Position numbers and translations under genes: made by a program
Notes under the pieces: model-generated
What the model saw: only the letters and a program-made list of their open reading frames with translations
What the model was told of the DNA's origin: nothing
Databases searched by the model: none
Shown here: piece by piece, positions 49,962 through 62,369 of the stretch
Position numbering within the stretch: the first letter of the stretch is position 1
Layout of the letters: each line of letters starts with the position of its first letter
Assembly: GCF_018977255.1 (NCBI RefSeq)
Contig: NW_024704746.1
Location: 47,492,001 to 47,556,000 of the forward strand
Direction: 5' to 3'
Source: Callorhinchus milii
Taxonomy: Eukaryota
DNA: 64,000 bases

Positions 49962-50460
49962 ACAACAACAACAAAATTACATTTATAGAACGCCTTTCAC
50001 GTCGGGAGGACGTCCCAAAGCATTGAAGAGTCAGGTGTCAGGGGAGGGGTTGTGTAGAGGTGAGGGAAGGCAGAGAGGTGGGAGGGAGACCAAAGGTACG
50101 GTCGAAGAGAAGGGTCTTGAGACCAGCCTTGACGGAGGCAAGGGAGGAGGTGAGGTGAAGGGACCGTGGGATGGAGTTTGATGGGATGGCGAAGGGACTG
50201 ATGGTAGGGCTGGTCGGGCGGGAAACATGGAGTGGGCCAGAGCCCGCTGAACGGAGGGAGCAGGCAGGTTGGTAGGGAGTCAACAGATCAGAGAGGTAGG
50301 AGGGGACAAGGCCATGGATGGCCTTAAAGGTGAGGATCTTGAACTCGATCCCCTGGGGGATGGGGAGCCAGTGGAGTCCGGCGAGGGTGGGAGTGATGGG
50401 GTCACGGAGACTGGTGCGTGAGAGTAAACGAGCTGCAGAGTTTTGAGAGCTGCAGAGTTT
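49962..50460 (-). mobile_element. 5'-truncated L2 (tail type A)
   Basis: ORF 50038-50484 [31 protein letters not shown], with a CAA tail. Confidence 0.92.
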
Positions 50461-51075
50461 TATTTTTAAATAAATAAAATGCAAGTTAAATTGAATTTGA
50501 ATTACTTATAGAGTGCATAGGGATAAATTTGCAAAACTTCTAAACACAGACAGATATAAACACATACTGTTAATATATTCTCATCAGCTTTCCCTCCAAT
50601 GCTTCTGAAAGTCAAAAGCTCTGCTTTGCAGAGTACACCAAAACCGCAATCTTACTTCCTTCAATTTATGTACACTTCAATAAGAGTAATAAGAAACACA
50701 TCGTTACCTCCTCAAATTTTGTTAATATATGTGCTGGTCTTCTGCAAACTTTAGTTAGTTTTTTCCCCAGAAATGTACATATGCTACCTTAAATTATATT
50801 TTGTTTGACAGACTACTTTCAAGCACTTTTATCACTTGCACAATAATCCCATAAAAACATGTAATCCGTCAGTACAAAAGTGTGATACTCAATTTGTAGT
50901 TTAAATTTTACGACCTACAGAAAATATTGATTCTTGCAATACAAATGAAAGGCAAAACAAAAGTATCTTAGTAAGAAAGATCAAGTTTGAGACAGGACAC
51001 CAATTTAAAAGGTAAATGTGTCAAAGTATGGATTGTAGTGAGAGGTTGACAATTTCATTAAGCGTGGTGCCAAGA

Positions 51076-51438
51076 ACAACAACAACAAGATTCCATTTAC
51101 AGAGCGCCTTTCACGTCGGGAGGACGTCCCAAGGCGCTGTACAGTTGGGTCAGGACCTGAGCAAGGGGAAAATAGTCAGGGTGAGGGGAGGGAAAGGAGG
51201 GAGCGAGGAGGGGGTAGAGAGTCGAGAGGGGAGCTGAAGGCACGGTCAAAGAGAAAGGTCTTGAGACCGGCCTTGAAGGAGGAAAGGGAGGAGGCAAGGC
51301 GAAGGCACTGGGGGATAGAGTTCCAGAGCCTAGGGGCTGAGAGGCTGAAGGCCCGGCCACCGATGGTAGGGCGGTTGGGGCGGAGGATGTGGAGCAGACC
51401 GGAGCCAGAGGAACGGAGGGTACGGGCAGGTACGGGGG
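51076..51438 (-). mobile_element. Young L2 3' end (tail type A)
   Basis: Close reverse complement of 29445-29852. Confidence 0.93.
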
Positions 51439-52244
51439 GATATCAAATGCAAGGATTGTTATTATTATGGCTTTATACAAGCCATGAGATCTGGGGGAAA
51501 ATTGTAAAGAACGGGGGATATGGACACAAGGAAGCAAAAATGGGATGATGGAGACTGAGCCAGCTGAGTGCATAGCCTTAATTTTGAACACACAAGTCCC
51601 TCAGCTACTCAAGATTTTGAATATGAGTTGAGGATTCAGAGTTCGGGGACATAAGTCACAGGAGGTTGTTGTATTTAGGGTTTGCTTGCCTTCCAGACTA
51701 ATTCTGAAGCAATAAGGAGCATTTGGCTATATGGAACGAAAAGTGATCTTCCGTGATTTGGTTTTGCTGCATCTACGAGTGAAGGACTAATTTAGTTCTG
51801 CACCAAATATGTTCAAGTCAACAGACCCAATTTAAAGCAGTGTAAATAGAGCATTTCCAATTCAGATAGGGGTGGAGAAAGATAATGCTATTGAGGTGCA
51901 TTTCAACAACATTTAACTATTCGTCAAAACAAGCCATTACAGCATTATATACTATTGGGTTACAATTGCTCCTGAATTGTAAAAGCATGTGACATATCTG
52001 GCAACTGTCAGATAGAATGTAAAATCGGACAGATTTTATGGAGTTCTGAATGATTTACTTTTGAGGATAGAAACTTTGTAGAACTTATTCTTGACTGGAA
52101 ACAATTGGATGAAATCCATGACACAATTGATTGCATTAACTGCATCTTCAGCAATCTTTAGTTATTTACCACTTCTTGAAGAGTACCATATCAGATTCAA
52201 AGAAGTTTCAAGTCTACAGCTTGGTTAAATAATTGGATTTAGCT

Positions 52245-52440
52245 TTCAAGAAGGATTGGAAAGGTTAGAACTTTTCAGCAGAAGGGGACGATTGAGAGGG
52301 GACTTGATACAGGTGTTTGAAATTATGAAAGCATTTGATAGTGTGTTTCTACTTGTTGATGAATCCAAAACAAGGGGGGATGAATATAAAATTGCCACTT
52401 CCAGATCTAGATGGAACTTCTTATGCAGAGGGTGGTGAAA
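52245..52440 (+). mobile_element. Old CR1 3' ORF2 fragment
   Basis: ORF 52256-52438 RLELFSRRGRLRGDLIQVFEIMK..KTRG. Confidence 0.85.
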
Positions 52441-53409
52441 ATATTTAATAGACAAAATAGCTGTAGCTTTCTATGCAAGTCCTCAGATTTCTAGAAATTT
52501 CCGACTTCAGCCGAGAAAGGCTAGGAAGTGCAACAAACTTAATCTATCAACTCCATCTGTGTTTTTCTTGCTACAATATCACGGTAGCCAAATTTTCTAG
52601 TTTGTGGTTTAAGGACAGCTATTGAGTGATGGCAACTCTTTGATATGAATTCAAACCATTGCTGCTATTGGTTTAGAGGCTCACTGGTTACCTTCATATC
52701 TGGTGACTGCTATCTCAATTATCTCAACTAAATCAAGTCTACAGTAACCATTCTAGTGTATAACTTGGATCGACTATATCTCCCTATAACCTGGAAGATT
52801 TTTTCAAAGGCGCTTTTGTGTTTAAAAAAATTTAGTACTGTATTTGAAACTGGAACGTATTTCATTAATGACAGCATAATGCAGCTGGAAAACATCTCAG
52901 CAATCTCTGCAAAACAGACCTCCTTGTGTCCTGAGTTATTACATTGTCTGGTTAAACATTGTTTCCTTGCTCAGAAAGACATTCTTGCCATGGATGTATG
53001 CACTTGATTAAGTGCAGCTGTTGGTCTAACTAAATTGACTTATTTCAAGTTGCAAATATAACCTAAATAATATCTGATATTTTCCTAAGGTGAACAAATA
53101 AGGTTCTTTTTCTTTAAAAGAAAAACTAACCAAAATATTATGTGCCTACAATTTCAAAAAAGGAAACACACACTTTGTATGCTTTATTAATTTCCATGAT
53201 TTTGACTCACCCAATATAAAATTGAATGAACATACCTGACTTGCACCCTTGTCTGTTCCTTATAAGACACCAATAAAAAGGTCACACTGACATTTTTCTG
53301 ACTAATGTTTCCTTTTCAATTTACAAACAAGCAGTGTTTAACGTTTCCACTACTTCTAAATTCGTCAAGTATTCATTTCCAAGGTAAAATCTTAGTCCAA
53401 AATAAACTT

Positions 53410-53740
53410 CCCTGATGGCTGAGTTGATAAAATCAGTACCTGGTATGGAACTGAGCCGTACAGATCCAAATGGTCCTGATTTTCAATTCGCTGCTGTGAT
53501 GCTACAGTTGGCTTCAGGATATCTAGGCTGGGAATACTGATCATAATCCAATCCCCACCCTCCAATGGAAAGTGTGCACATGCAGACATCTGGGTAAGCA
53601 AATGATCAGGCTTAACTGAATAGGCCCCAAATTTGAAGAGTCTATAGAAATTTACAGCCTACGCACTGAGAGCATACTGATTGTGGATACCATAAGTGTT
53701 CCATTCCAAACACTGAAACCCCTCACCTATATAGCACACA
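53410..53740 (+). mobile_element. Old degenerate tRNA-derived SINE of a different family, tail resembling the CCHC LINE 3' UTR
   Basis: Box-A-like TGGCTGAGTTG followed by GGAACTGAGCCGTACAGA. The 3' GTGTTCCATTCCAAACACT resembles 25566-25587. Confidence 0.45.
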
Positions 53741-54059
53741 ATAAACTGTTTGAAGAAAATAAAGCATACCAATTTGAATTGATATTTTTATTAAGACATG
53801 TATTATTAAGAAGAAACTTTCATTTGATATAGCACCTTGTCATGTTGTCAAAACGTCTTAAATTGCTTCATAGGATTTTACTGAGGAGTGTGGTGACGAT
53901 ATTTGTAGGTGAACCCAGCACAGCATTATTACATTAACTAAAATTGGGAATTGGCTCGCTTGTCCCATCTCCAGTCAAAAAATGGCATATGTGCAACACA
54001 AGATGATGACATGCCTGAAAAAGTTTTTGAAAATATGATTTGCATTCCTATTAAGTTAA

Positions 54060-54966
54060 GCGTGATCTCCTTACAGCTGAACTGGCTCCAAGTTCACACG
54101 CCTGGCAATGGAATGTCGGAATCGAGCCAACCCTCTGTGGCGGTCTTGGTAGCCAGTCGGGTCCACAGTATTCTAGGGCATTGCTGATAACAACACAGCC
54201 AGTCTGGCTCATCGGCAGGACCTGGAAGGGCAGAACAGACACTGGGGGCAGGGAGTCATCCCACTCAGCTCCTGTTAACCCTGCAAGCCAAAGCCCTAAT
54301 GAGTAGGGTGGTCCCCCCAAAACAAGGGGGCATAGTCTTAAAATTGGAACCAGACCATTTAAGAGTGAAATCAGGTAATATTTTTTCACTCAAAGGGTGG
54401 TAGAAATCAGGAATTCTCTCCCCCAAAAGACTGTGGATGCTGGATCTATCCATAACTTCAAGAGTGAGGCTGATAGTTTATTGGTAGGCTATTAAGGGAT
54501 ATGGGGAGAAAGCAGAAAATTGGAACTGAAAGGATTAGTTGAGATACAGATCAGCCATGATCTAACTAAATGGAGGAACAGGCTCGAAGGGCTAAATGGC
54601 CTCCTCCTTTTCCTATGTTCCTATGGTCGTAGATGGCAAGCAGCAGAAAAGCTTGCCAGACAGCAATATCAATGGCAAGCTATATGGTTTTATCTGGTTA
54701 GACTCCAGCAGTACTCCAACACACACTCTGTGCCAAGACTTGGCTCTTGCCAACCTGTGCCTAATACTTTCTGGAATTAGGTAAGCAGCATGCGTCCCTC
54801 CAGGGAGAGTGTGCGTTCCATTCCAACAATCTATCTCTGGGATTTGTAAGTGGGATGCATGGAAATCTCAGCTTAGTTTGGATACTCTTAAGCGTGGTGA
54901 TGGAATTCCTATACAATCATCCATCAAGGTTACTATGTATCAGACACCCAGCTGACCAAAAAAAAT
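54060..54966 (+). mobile_element. CCHC LINE family 3' UTR, split by a CR1 insertion
   Basis: GAATGTCGGAATCGAGCCAACCCTCTGTGG...; ends TCAGACACCCAGCTGACC followed by poly(A). Confidence 0.78.
54322..54625 (+). mobile_element. CR1 3' end nested in the CCHC LINE
   Basis: CAAGGGGGCATAGTCTTAAAATT...GGAACAGGCTCGAAGGGCTAAATGGCCTCCTCCTTTTCCTATGTTCCTATG. Confidence 0.9.
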
Positions 54967-55929
54967 ACCAAATGCCAGAGATAATTTTAGTGACCATTGC
55001 ACCTACATTAATTAAAGTGTTTCAGTCAGTTACAATCTTAATTCAGGATTTATAAATGTTATCAAAAATTATTTCCATGTAAATGTTTTGGAGCCATAAA
55101 TAATACTGCATCTGTCAAAAAAAAGGCCAAAATTGTTGTCTGTAAACAATATCAGAAGCTCTAATATCATAACATTTAATGACATTGGTCAGGGTTTAAA
55201 AACATTAAGATCTTGAGGAAAAACTCTTTTATTATTTATTATTAATATAAGCTTTCACATAATTAACCACAGCCTTGGGATAACTTGTCGAAGGAGCTGA
55301 TACAGCATTTTGAAATGTGATACAATGCTGACAGGTTGCAAAGATCACAGAGTTCCTGGAGAATCCACATGTTTTTTTAAATAGCTGTTTTTGTCTTCAG
55401 CTATCTATCATATCAACTGCAAAATGTACTTTTGCCCTCATAAGCATTATACAACAACTTGCAGTTATAGAAGAAAGATCTCAACAATGGAGTAGAATGG
55501 CCAGTGAAAGCCATTCACATCTTCCTAGAAAAGCGAAGGTAAAAATTATTTAAGGGTGATTTATTCTGGTGCATCTCGTAGCAGCTGGTTAAATAATAAC
55601 TGGCTCACAGTTTGTTGTCTTTACCGGAAGAAAGTATATGGGAAGCAAAAGGAGAGGAAAGAAATATATGGAATTCTATACCTCACCTAACAGCCATCTT
55701 ATAAACAGTGATTACTGGCAAGGTATTCAAAGTCTGATCAAGTCCCCACCTGGTGACTGTACAATCATGCATCAAAGTACAATTTAAAACTTTTGGAGCA
55801 TGAAAGTTTGTAAACTTTACCCTACTTAGCACAGGGTATTCAAGGCCAGATTCAACAATGCTACAAAGTTATTGGGACATGCATGACACAGATCAGATCC
55901 AAGCTGTAGCCAGAAAGTTGCTGGCAATG

Positions 55930-56370
55930 CTCATGCATGTCATGCCGAGCTGTGCTGTTCACCAGGAAGCTTCCGGGAGTTCCTGGTACTGCCTTCCACC
56001 GATGGGGGTAGGGGGGGAGGTCCACTCAGTTCCTGTCAACTCAGTAAGACAAAGTCCTAATGGGTAAGGTGGTCCTAGTTGGACAAGCAGCAAAATGGTT
56101 TGTCAGACGTTTTGCTATGCATTTTTACCCGATTAAACTCTAGCACTATTCCCAGTGTACACTCTGGGGTCCCCAAGCCTTGGCTCTTACCTAAGACACT
56201 CTAGAATTAGGTAAACAGGGAGCGTTCCTCTGGGGGGAGAGTGCGTATTCATTCCAAACGTGGAAATTTCCCTGTGTAGGTGGCATACATGGAATTAGTC
56301 TGGTTTGAATACTCTTAAGCACGATGATGGATTTACCCATTTGTCAAGACACCCGGCTGAGCAAAAAAAC
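55930..56370 (+). mobile_element. CCHC LINE family 3' UTR
   Basis: CCACTCAGTTCCTG...ACACTCTGGGGTCCCCAAGCCTTGGCTC...GAATTAGGTAA...GACACCCGGCTGAGCAAAAAAA. Confidence 0.72.
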
Positions 56371-57164
56371 AGATCAGGTATGGTAAAATTAGAATCAAAA
56401 TAATTGGTTATTTGAGCAAACAGCCACTTCCTTTGTCAGATCCTGCTGAAGACATGGCCAAATTCCTCAGAAAAATATCTAAAAAATGGATCAAGTGACA
56501 AAATAACAGACAACATTTAGAGAAGAAGGGAGAATTTAGTCAGGACTGCAAATGTTTGGGCAGGTGCAGAGATTGGACAGAGGAGGTTTGCCAAGGCAAG
56601 TATCAGAAAGAAAGCACCAAGTTGTGATGGAAAAGGCAAGCCATGGAAGTGCAAAACAACAAAAAATCATTTATACAGCATCCTTCTTATAGGATAACAT
56701 CTCGGAATGTTTCACCAAGATGGGGTAGGACACCGAGCAAGGACGGGAGGAGGGGAGATGGAACCGTAGGCACAATCAAAGGTGTAGATTTTCAAATGGG
56801 GTTTAAAGACAGATAGAGAGGGGGAATGTTTGAGATTGTAATTATCCCAGGAAAAATAAGAGTGATACGAGAAAATTCAATGTTTAAAGACTCACTTTGA
56901 AATGACAAAATTGAAGTTACTCTCAAGTATCAATTTAGATTTTCTGAAGCAAATGCAAGACACAAAATAAACTGAAGGGAAACCACATCTTCAGTAACCT
57001 TGTGCAAATGGACATCATTTCCCAATTCTCACACGTGTGCACAATTAGATATTTTTGCTGGCAGCTCACTGCCCTGGGCATCCTACTGATTTTGGTTCAT
57101 CTCCAAATATGTATAGCAATTTTGAAATTTAAGGAAAAAACTCATCTTATTTTAAATAAGTGGG

Positions 57165-57378
57165 ATTTTTTTTACAGAGAATGTTACGATTAGAAATGCC
57201 CTGCCAATTGTGGTGGTTAAGGCAAGATCCATGTTAGCTTTCAAGAGGGAACTAACTACCTCTAGACAGAATGTTCCCCACAATAGGGTATGGAGAAAAT
57301 GGCACTGACGAGATTGCTCTTTCAAAGAGCCAGCACAAACACAATGGGTCTTCTTCTGTGCAGTAAATTTCTATGGTT
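57165..57378 (+). mobile_element. Old CR1 3' end
   Basis: GCTCTTTCAAAGAGCCAGCACAAACACAATGGG..CTTCTGTGCAGTAAATTTCTATGGTTCT. Confidence 0.75.
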
Positions 57379-57442
57379 CTCATTGGGGAGGGAATGAGAG
57401 GTTAGCGGCTTCTCCAGAGAGAGAAAGAGATATGAAAAAATA

Positions 57443-57627
57443 GTCTTGTAGCTCAGTGGTTAGAGCACTCGCCTCCCAAGCAAGAGACCTGGGTTTGATT
57501 CCCGGCAGGGCGAAATGTTGGGCAAGTTTCCTTTCTCCACACGGGTGTTTACCTAGCAGTGAAGCGCTTTGAAATGCTCGAAGGCGTGATAAGGCGCTAT
57601 ATCAAATGCAAGGATTATTATTATTAT
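57443..57627 (+). mobile_element. tRNA-derived SINE with the Deu core deleted (head joined to tail)
   Basis: TGTAGCTCAGTGGTTAGAGC head is joined at ...CCTAGCA|GTGAAGCGCTTTG directly to the tail. Confidence 0.88.
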
Positions 57628-57794
57628 AAATACAGAATTACCCTCAGGAGCTATTCTTATGTCCTTCCTACTACTAGCTATAGAGCATAATTGGCAGAGC
57701 TTTTCCTCCTGTTTTCCCCCTTTCTTCTCTTGTTAGGTCAATAGCAGGGGGGAGGGGGGGGAAGAGGGAGGAAGAAGAGGAAAAATACTATAAC

Positions 57795-57931
57795 AAGAAC
57801 AACAACTTGCAGTTATATAGGATAACATCTCGGACAGCTTCACAAAGGCGTTCGAATGTCGAATAACGGAAAGAGGGAAGAAGCAAGTGACCATAGATGT
57901 GCTCAAAGAGGTAGGTAGCTAGCTAGCTTTT

Positions 57932-57968
<37 letters not shown>

Positions 57969-58390
57969 CCAACCAATCAATCAATCAATCAAAAGCTAGC
58001 GAGATAGCTAGATAGAGGGAGTGTGTTCCAGAGGTAGAACTGTACTTGCTGAAGGCTCGGGCACAGATGTTGGCATAAAGGGCTGAGTACATGCAGCAGG
58101 CCTGAGTTAGCCAAGAAAAAGGGAGGGAGAAGAGAAATGGGGTTAAAGAAGATCAAAGAGCAGAGGAGATGCAAGGGTGTGAAAGCAATTATAGGTGAAG
58201 ATGAGGACCTCAATGATGATCCATTGGAAAACAAAGAAACAGTGATCCATGGCGAGAACTGGGTGAATGGATGTGTAGGATTTGGTGTGGGTAACCATGC
58301 AGACAGCAGAGTTTTAGATTAGCTGAGTTTATGGATGATGGAACTAGAGAGTCCAGTGAGCAGTGTGTTTGAAAAGTCTAGGTGGAAGGT
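57795..58390 (-). mobile_element. Old L2 fragment containing a microsatellite
   Basis: LDFSNTLLTGLSSSIIHKL and LWNTLP remnants, with a CAA tail near 57795. Confidence 0.75.
57932..57991. repeat. (ATCA)n tetranucleotide microsatellite
   Basis: About 15 ATCA units, with two ACCA variant units. Confidence 0.97.
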
Positions 58391-59142
58391 AACAAATGTG
58401 TATAAATATAGAACTTTCAACACTCTTCGCGCCAACAAATGTCTTTGTTCAGTGGAGCAAGAAATAAAATACTGGACTACAAATGTATTTAGAGAACAAG
58501 TCGGAGATGTTTCAAAACAAATGATTCTTGATAAAAGCTTGATTTTCATATGATGGAAGTGTCAAATTCAGTAAATGGCCACCAATAAAACAACATAGAA
58601 ATATAGTCAATCAAAAAAAAATTAAGCACTCAGGAAAAAAGGTGTGCTCAGTGAGTATTTGTACCATAAATGTTATCTCCCTCAAAGACACAGAACAGCG
58701 GAAACTCTTAAACAGAACTTCCTAACCAAATGTGGCATTAGTGTCTGGTAAATTTCAACAAGACTCCAATTAAAATACCACTGCTGCCATGCTTTGATAC
58801 AAACTGACAATAAAAAAAACAGGTCATCATTTCACTACAAGCCACTCAGCAGCATGAGATCAAAGCAGCTAAACTCTGGTCTGGTGCAGCTAGTCCTCAG
58901 AAAGCACAAGATATCAAGGAGATTACAGGTTTCTTTTGCCTGTAGACGGGCTGCACTCAGCAACTTTAATTAAGTGCTCTGAAGAGAATGTCGAAAATGT
59001 GTTGTGCCTCTATTAACCCTGCATGAGACGGTCCACTCTCAGCCCTCTGTGGGCTGTAACCCTCATACAAACCTATAGGACAACTTCTTAATGAAAAAAT
59101 AAAACAGCAGCTGGCTTAACCTCAAAAACAGGTTAACAAGAC

Positions 59143-59636
59143 TATATCCCATTTGTCCACCTTTTCAAGCTAGAATGTAAAACCTTTATAAGTTAAAGCT
59201 GCAGTACATTTCCGGGAATGTTTAATGGTGCATTAAAGTAAATCCCCGATTTAAGAACGTACGTCTGCAGTTTTGACAGCTAATTAATTCCTTGCAACAA
59301 CCCACTATCCCAAAGCTGAAAATCTTAACTTGCTTTTTTTCCAATTCCAAGCATGTTGCTTTGCAATATTGAGTGATACGGTTATTGTTCTCTTTGATGG
59401 TGGAGGTCACAGGGCTGGAAGTTGCTGTAGTACATTCCATAGATAACACATATTGCAGCCACAGTATATCAGTGAGAGTGGGGGTGAGTCTTGAGTTGAG
59501 AGATTGGGGTGCCAATCAAGCAAACGCTTTTCTATGGATGGCGATGAACTTCTTAAGCATTATTTTACTGCAGCGATCCAGGCAGGATATGTGAAGGTTT
59601 TACATTCCAGCTTGAAAAGGTGACAAATGGGATATA
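59143..59636. repeat. 43/44-bp inverted repeat pair about 410 bp apart
   Basis: 59143-59186 versus the reverse complement of 59594-59636: one substitution and one indel. Confidence 0.93.
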
Positions 59637-59770
59637 TCACACTCCTGTCGTGAGCCATTTAGATGGCTTTGAAGAGTTAGGAGATGAACCACACTTGGCA
59701 GAGTACGTCACCTCTGCCCTGCTCGTTGGCACAATGTTGATGTGAATGGCCCAATTAGGTTTCTTAAATG
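59380..59770 (-). mobile_element. Old CR1/Jockey-group LINE fragment (post-RT region)
   Basis: Minus strand resembles TIYKAQVRSVMEY..AW..LKK...IQ.KA..LIGTP (decayed), interrupted at 59594-59636. Confidence 0.6.
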
Positions 59771-59787
59771 GATTATGTCATATACAA

Positions 59788-59832
59788 AACAAATTACATT
59801 TGTATAGCGCTTTTCATGTCAGGAGGACGTCT
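59788..59832 (-). mobile_element. Solo L2 3' tail abutting a SINE tail
   Basis: AATTACATTTGTATAGCGCTTTTCATGTCAGGAGGACGTC. Confidence 0.7.
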
Positions 59833-59839
59833 CATAATT

Positions 59840-60157
59840 GATAATAATAATAATCCTTACATTTGATATAGCATTTTTTCCGTCTTCTGGACGTCTCAAA
59901 GCGCTTCACAGAATATACTGTAAAGTGAATTGACTGTATATTTGTGGGCGAAACGCGGCAGCCAATTGTGCACAGCAGTGTCCCACAAACAGTCGTAGAT
60001 TGAAAATGACCAATTTATTATTTTTTTGTTTTGCAGGGATTATTATTAGGCGTGTGGAGTAAGGAAACTTGCCCAAGGTTTCGCACTGCCTGAAATTGAA
60101 CCCAGGTACCTCGCTTGCAAGGCGAGCGCTCTAACCACTGAGCTTCAGGACTCCACA
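59840..60157 (-). mobile_element. Full-length young tRNA-derived SINE (short subfamily)
   Basis: Closely matches 41381-41708. Confidence 0.92.
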
Positions 60158-61174
60158 ATTGATAATTGATGCTATAAAGTTAAGTAATTCAGATTCAGGA
60201 TACCACGAGGATGTAATACTTCCGATGAAAACGATGGGGAAGGCAACTGACATGAAGGCAAAGTTGAAGGCACACATATATTCAGGATTTTTAAGTTTTC
60301 AATCTCATAATTTTAATAAAGCACATTGGGAGTTGAATTTGCTGAATGACATGCTAAGGAATTCCATATTTTAACTCCACCTTTGATAGTTTTTTTTAAA
60401 AAATGCCATTGGTGATTTACTTCAGTTTTAAAATTTAAGATTAATGTCTTTGACACAAATACTTATCTTTGAAAAGGCACATTTATATCTGTGGCCATTA
60501 TCAATAATGGTGAGGAAATAGCAGGGAAATACAGCAAGACCGAGTTAGCAGAATGGAGGGGACAAGATCAGAGATAAGGAGGTATCCAGAGAATGGGTGA
60601 ATTTGTAGATGAGGACTTTGAAATTGATCTATTGGGAGAGACAGGGAGACAATGGAGACAGAGAGGACTGGGGTGATGTAAACTAAATGAAATATATTAT
60701 GTTATGTTCTCAACAAGTATATCTGACTTTTCTTTTCACACGTGGTCACACAGCAAGCTACAAATTATCAGTACCTCGTTCAACACAATTTATATTTTGA
60801 AAATGCTCTGATGTATATTATACATAGGGCATTTTACAACTGCAAAGTGAACCTTCACCTAAACCCAGGCAGAAAATAACAAATAAATTGAGGTAGCAGC
60901 TGTATCACTTGACAATTCAACATACATCTTTTAACAGCTGTTTATGCAAGAACTGTCCTTGCCTGCAGTGGGGGAAAATACCAAAAATATTATTAAAAGC
61001 ACTGTTTTAAATTATCAAAGAAATTCTGCACATAGTTGAAAGAATGTTATTAAACTCCGAAAATATCAAATGCAAAGCACTTTCCCCTAATTAGGAAAAT
61101 GTCCACATTTTTCATCCAGCAGCATTTCTCCAACCCCTTTCATGCCGAAGGAAAAGTTCATTCGTTCGCTATTC

Positions 61175-61209
61175 GCTCTGAATAATAATACTCCATTATT
61201 ATTCAGAGC
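61175..61209. repeat. Perfect 15-bp inverted repeat with 5-nt loop
   Basis: GCTCTGAATAATAAT-ACTCC-ATTATTATTCAGAGC. Confidence 0.95.
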
Positions 61210-61483
61210 AGCTACACGGTATTTCAGAATAGAGTCTATTGGATGTGAGTTTGATTCATAAATCGCAAGTGCTGGGTTGAATTTCAAGAGCAGCAGAGGA
61301 AAGGGCCAAGGAGTGCTCATGGATCTTCTCCAACATAAGTGTAGGGGTGAAAATAATGATGCAATAATTCCAGGGCAACCCCTGCCCCCAACCCCAGAAA
61401 TTAATTAAAGGGAATTACTAGTAAAAGCAGGCTCATAGGTTGCCTGCTCACGAGCTCAAAACCTGATTTCAAATTTGCGACTT

Positions 61484-61580
61484 ATAATAATACTCATTTG
61501 ATATAGCACCTTATCACGTCTTTGAGACGTCTCAAAGCGCTTCACAAAATATACTGTAAAGTGAATTGACTGTATATTTT
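61484..61580 (-). mobile_element. SINE 3' tail fragment
   Basis: ATTTGATATAGCACCTTATCACGTCTTTGAGACGTCTCAAAGCGCTTCAC. Confidence 0.82.
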
Positions 61581-62369
61581 CTGCGAAATGCACCTAGTCT
61601 TCTTTGTGTTGCATTACAACAAACAAGCTGACCGCTATATAAAATTGTAGTTTATAAAATCCTATATATCTACTTTGTTTATTTATTAGTAAAAAAAAAG
61701 CAGTGAACAGATGGAAATTTATACAAAGCACAGAAAATACCACAGGAAATAATAGGACAGGAACAATTTTCAGGACAGCGAAAGACAATCAAGCACAAAC
61801 CTGCTATGTGTTAAATTATGAGTGTGTATGCATCTTTACATGCTCTGTAGAAGCGATCAAAGTCCTTTACCAACACTCAGGCAGTTTCTAAACCACAATG
61901 CTTTGTGAAGACTTACTTTTGTCCTGAGAGGCTAGAAACAGATGGAAAGCCTATGCCTAATAGTGATCTAGCTGGCATGAATGAAACTCATTTATAAGTA
62001 GAGAAGACAGATCATTCATCAAACCTGATCTATGATCTATGATCTCTATGATCTCGAAGTCCAGATATGCCAAACATCTTCTATTAAAACATCATGAAGA
62101 ATATACAGTGAGACACAATGGGATGCGACTATTATTCTACATTTATTTCTGAAACATCTGCCTTTTCATTCCACCCTTAAACTAGCGAAAATTGTGGTGT
62201 GTTGAAAAGAATCATCATCAGCATTTCCTTTTTGAAAATATGTCTTTAAAATGAATTAACATCTTTCTGTTTGTTTCTGTATTCTTGCTGATTTTTTTCA
62301 TGCTTTTCCTGCATATTTTTTTATTTGACCTTTGACTGCTGATGACATTATTAGGGAAAACAGGCTTCA

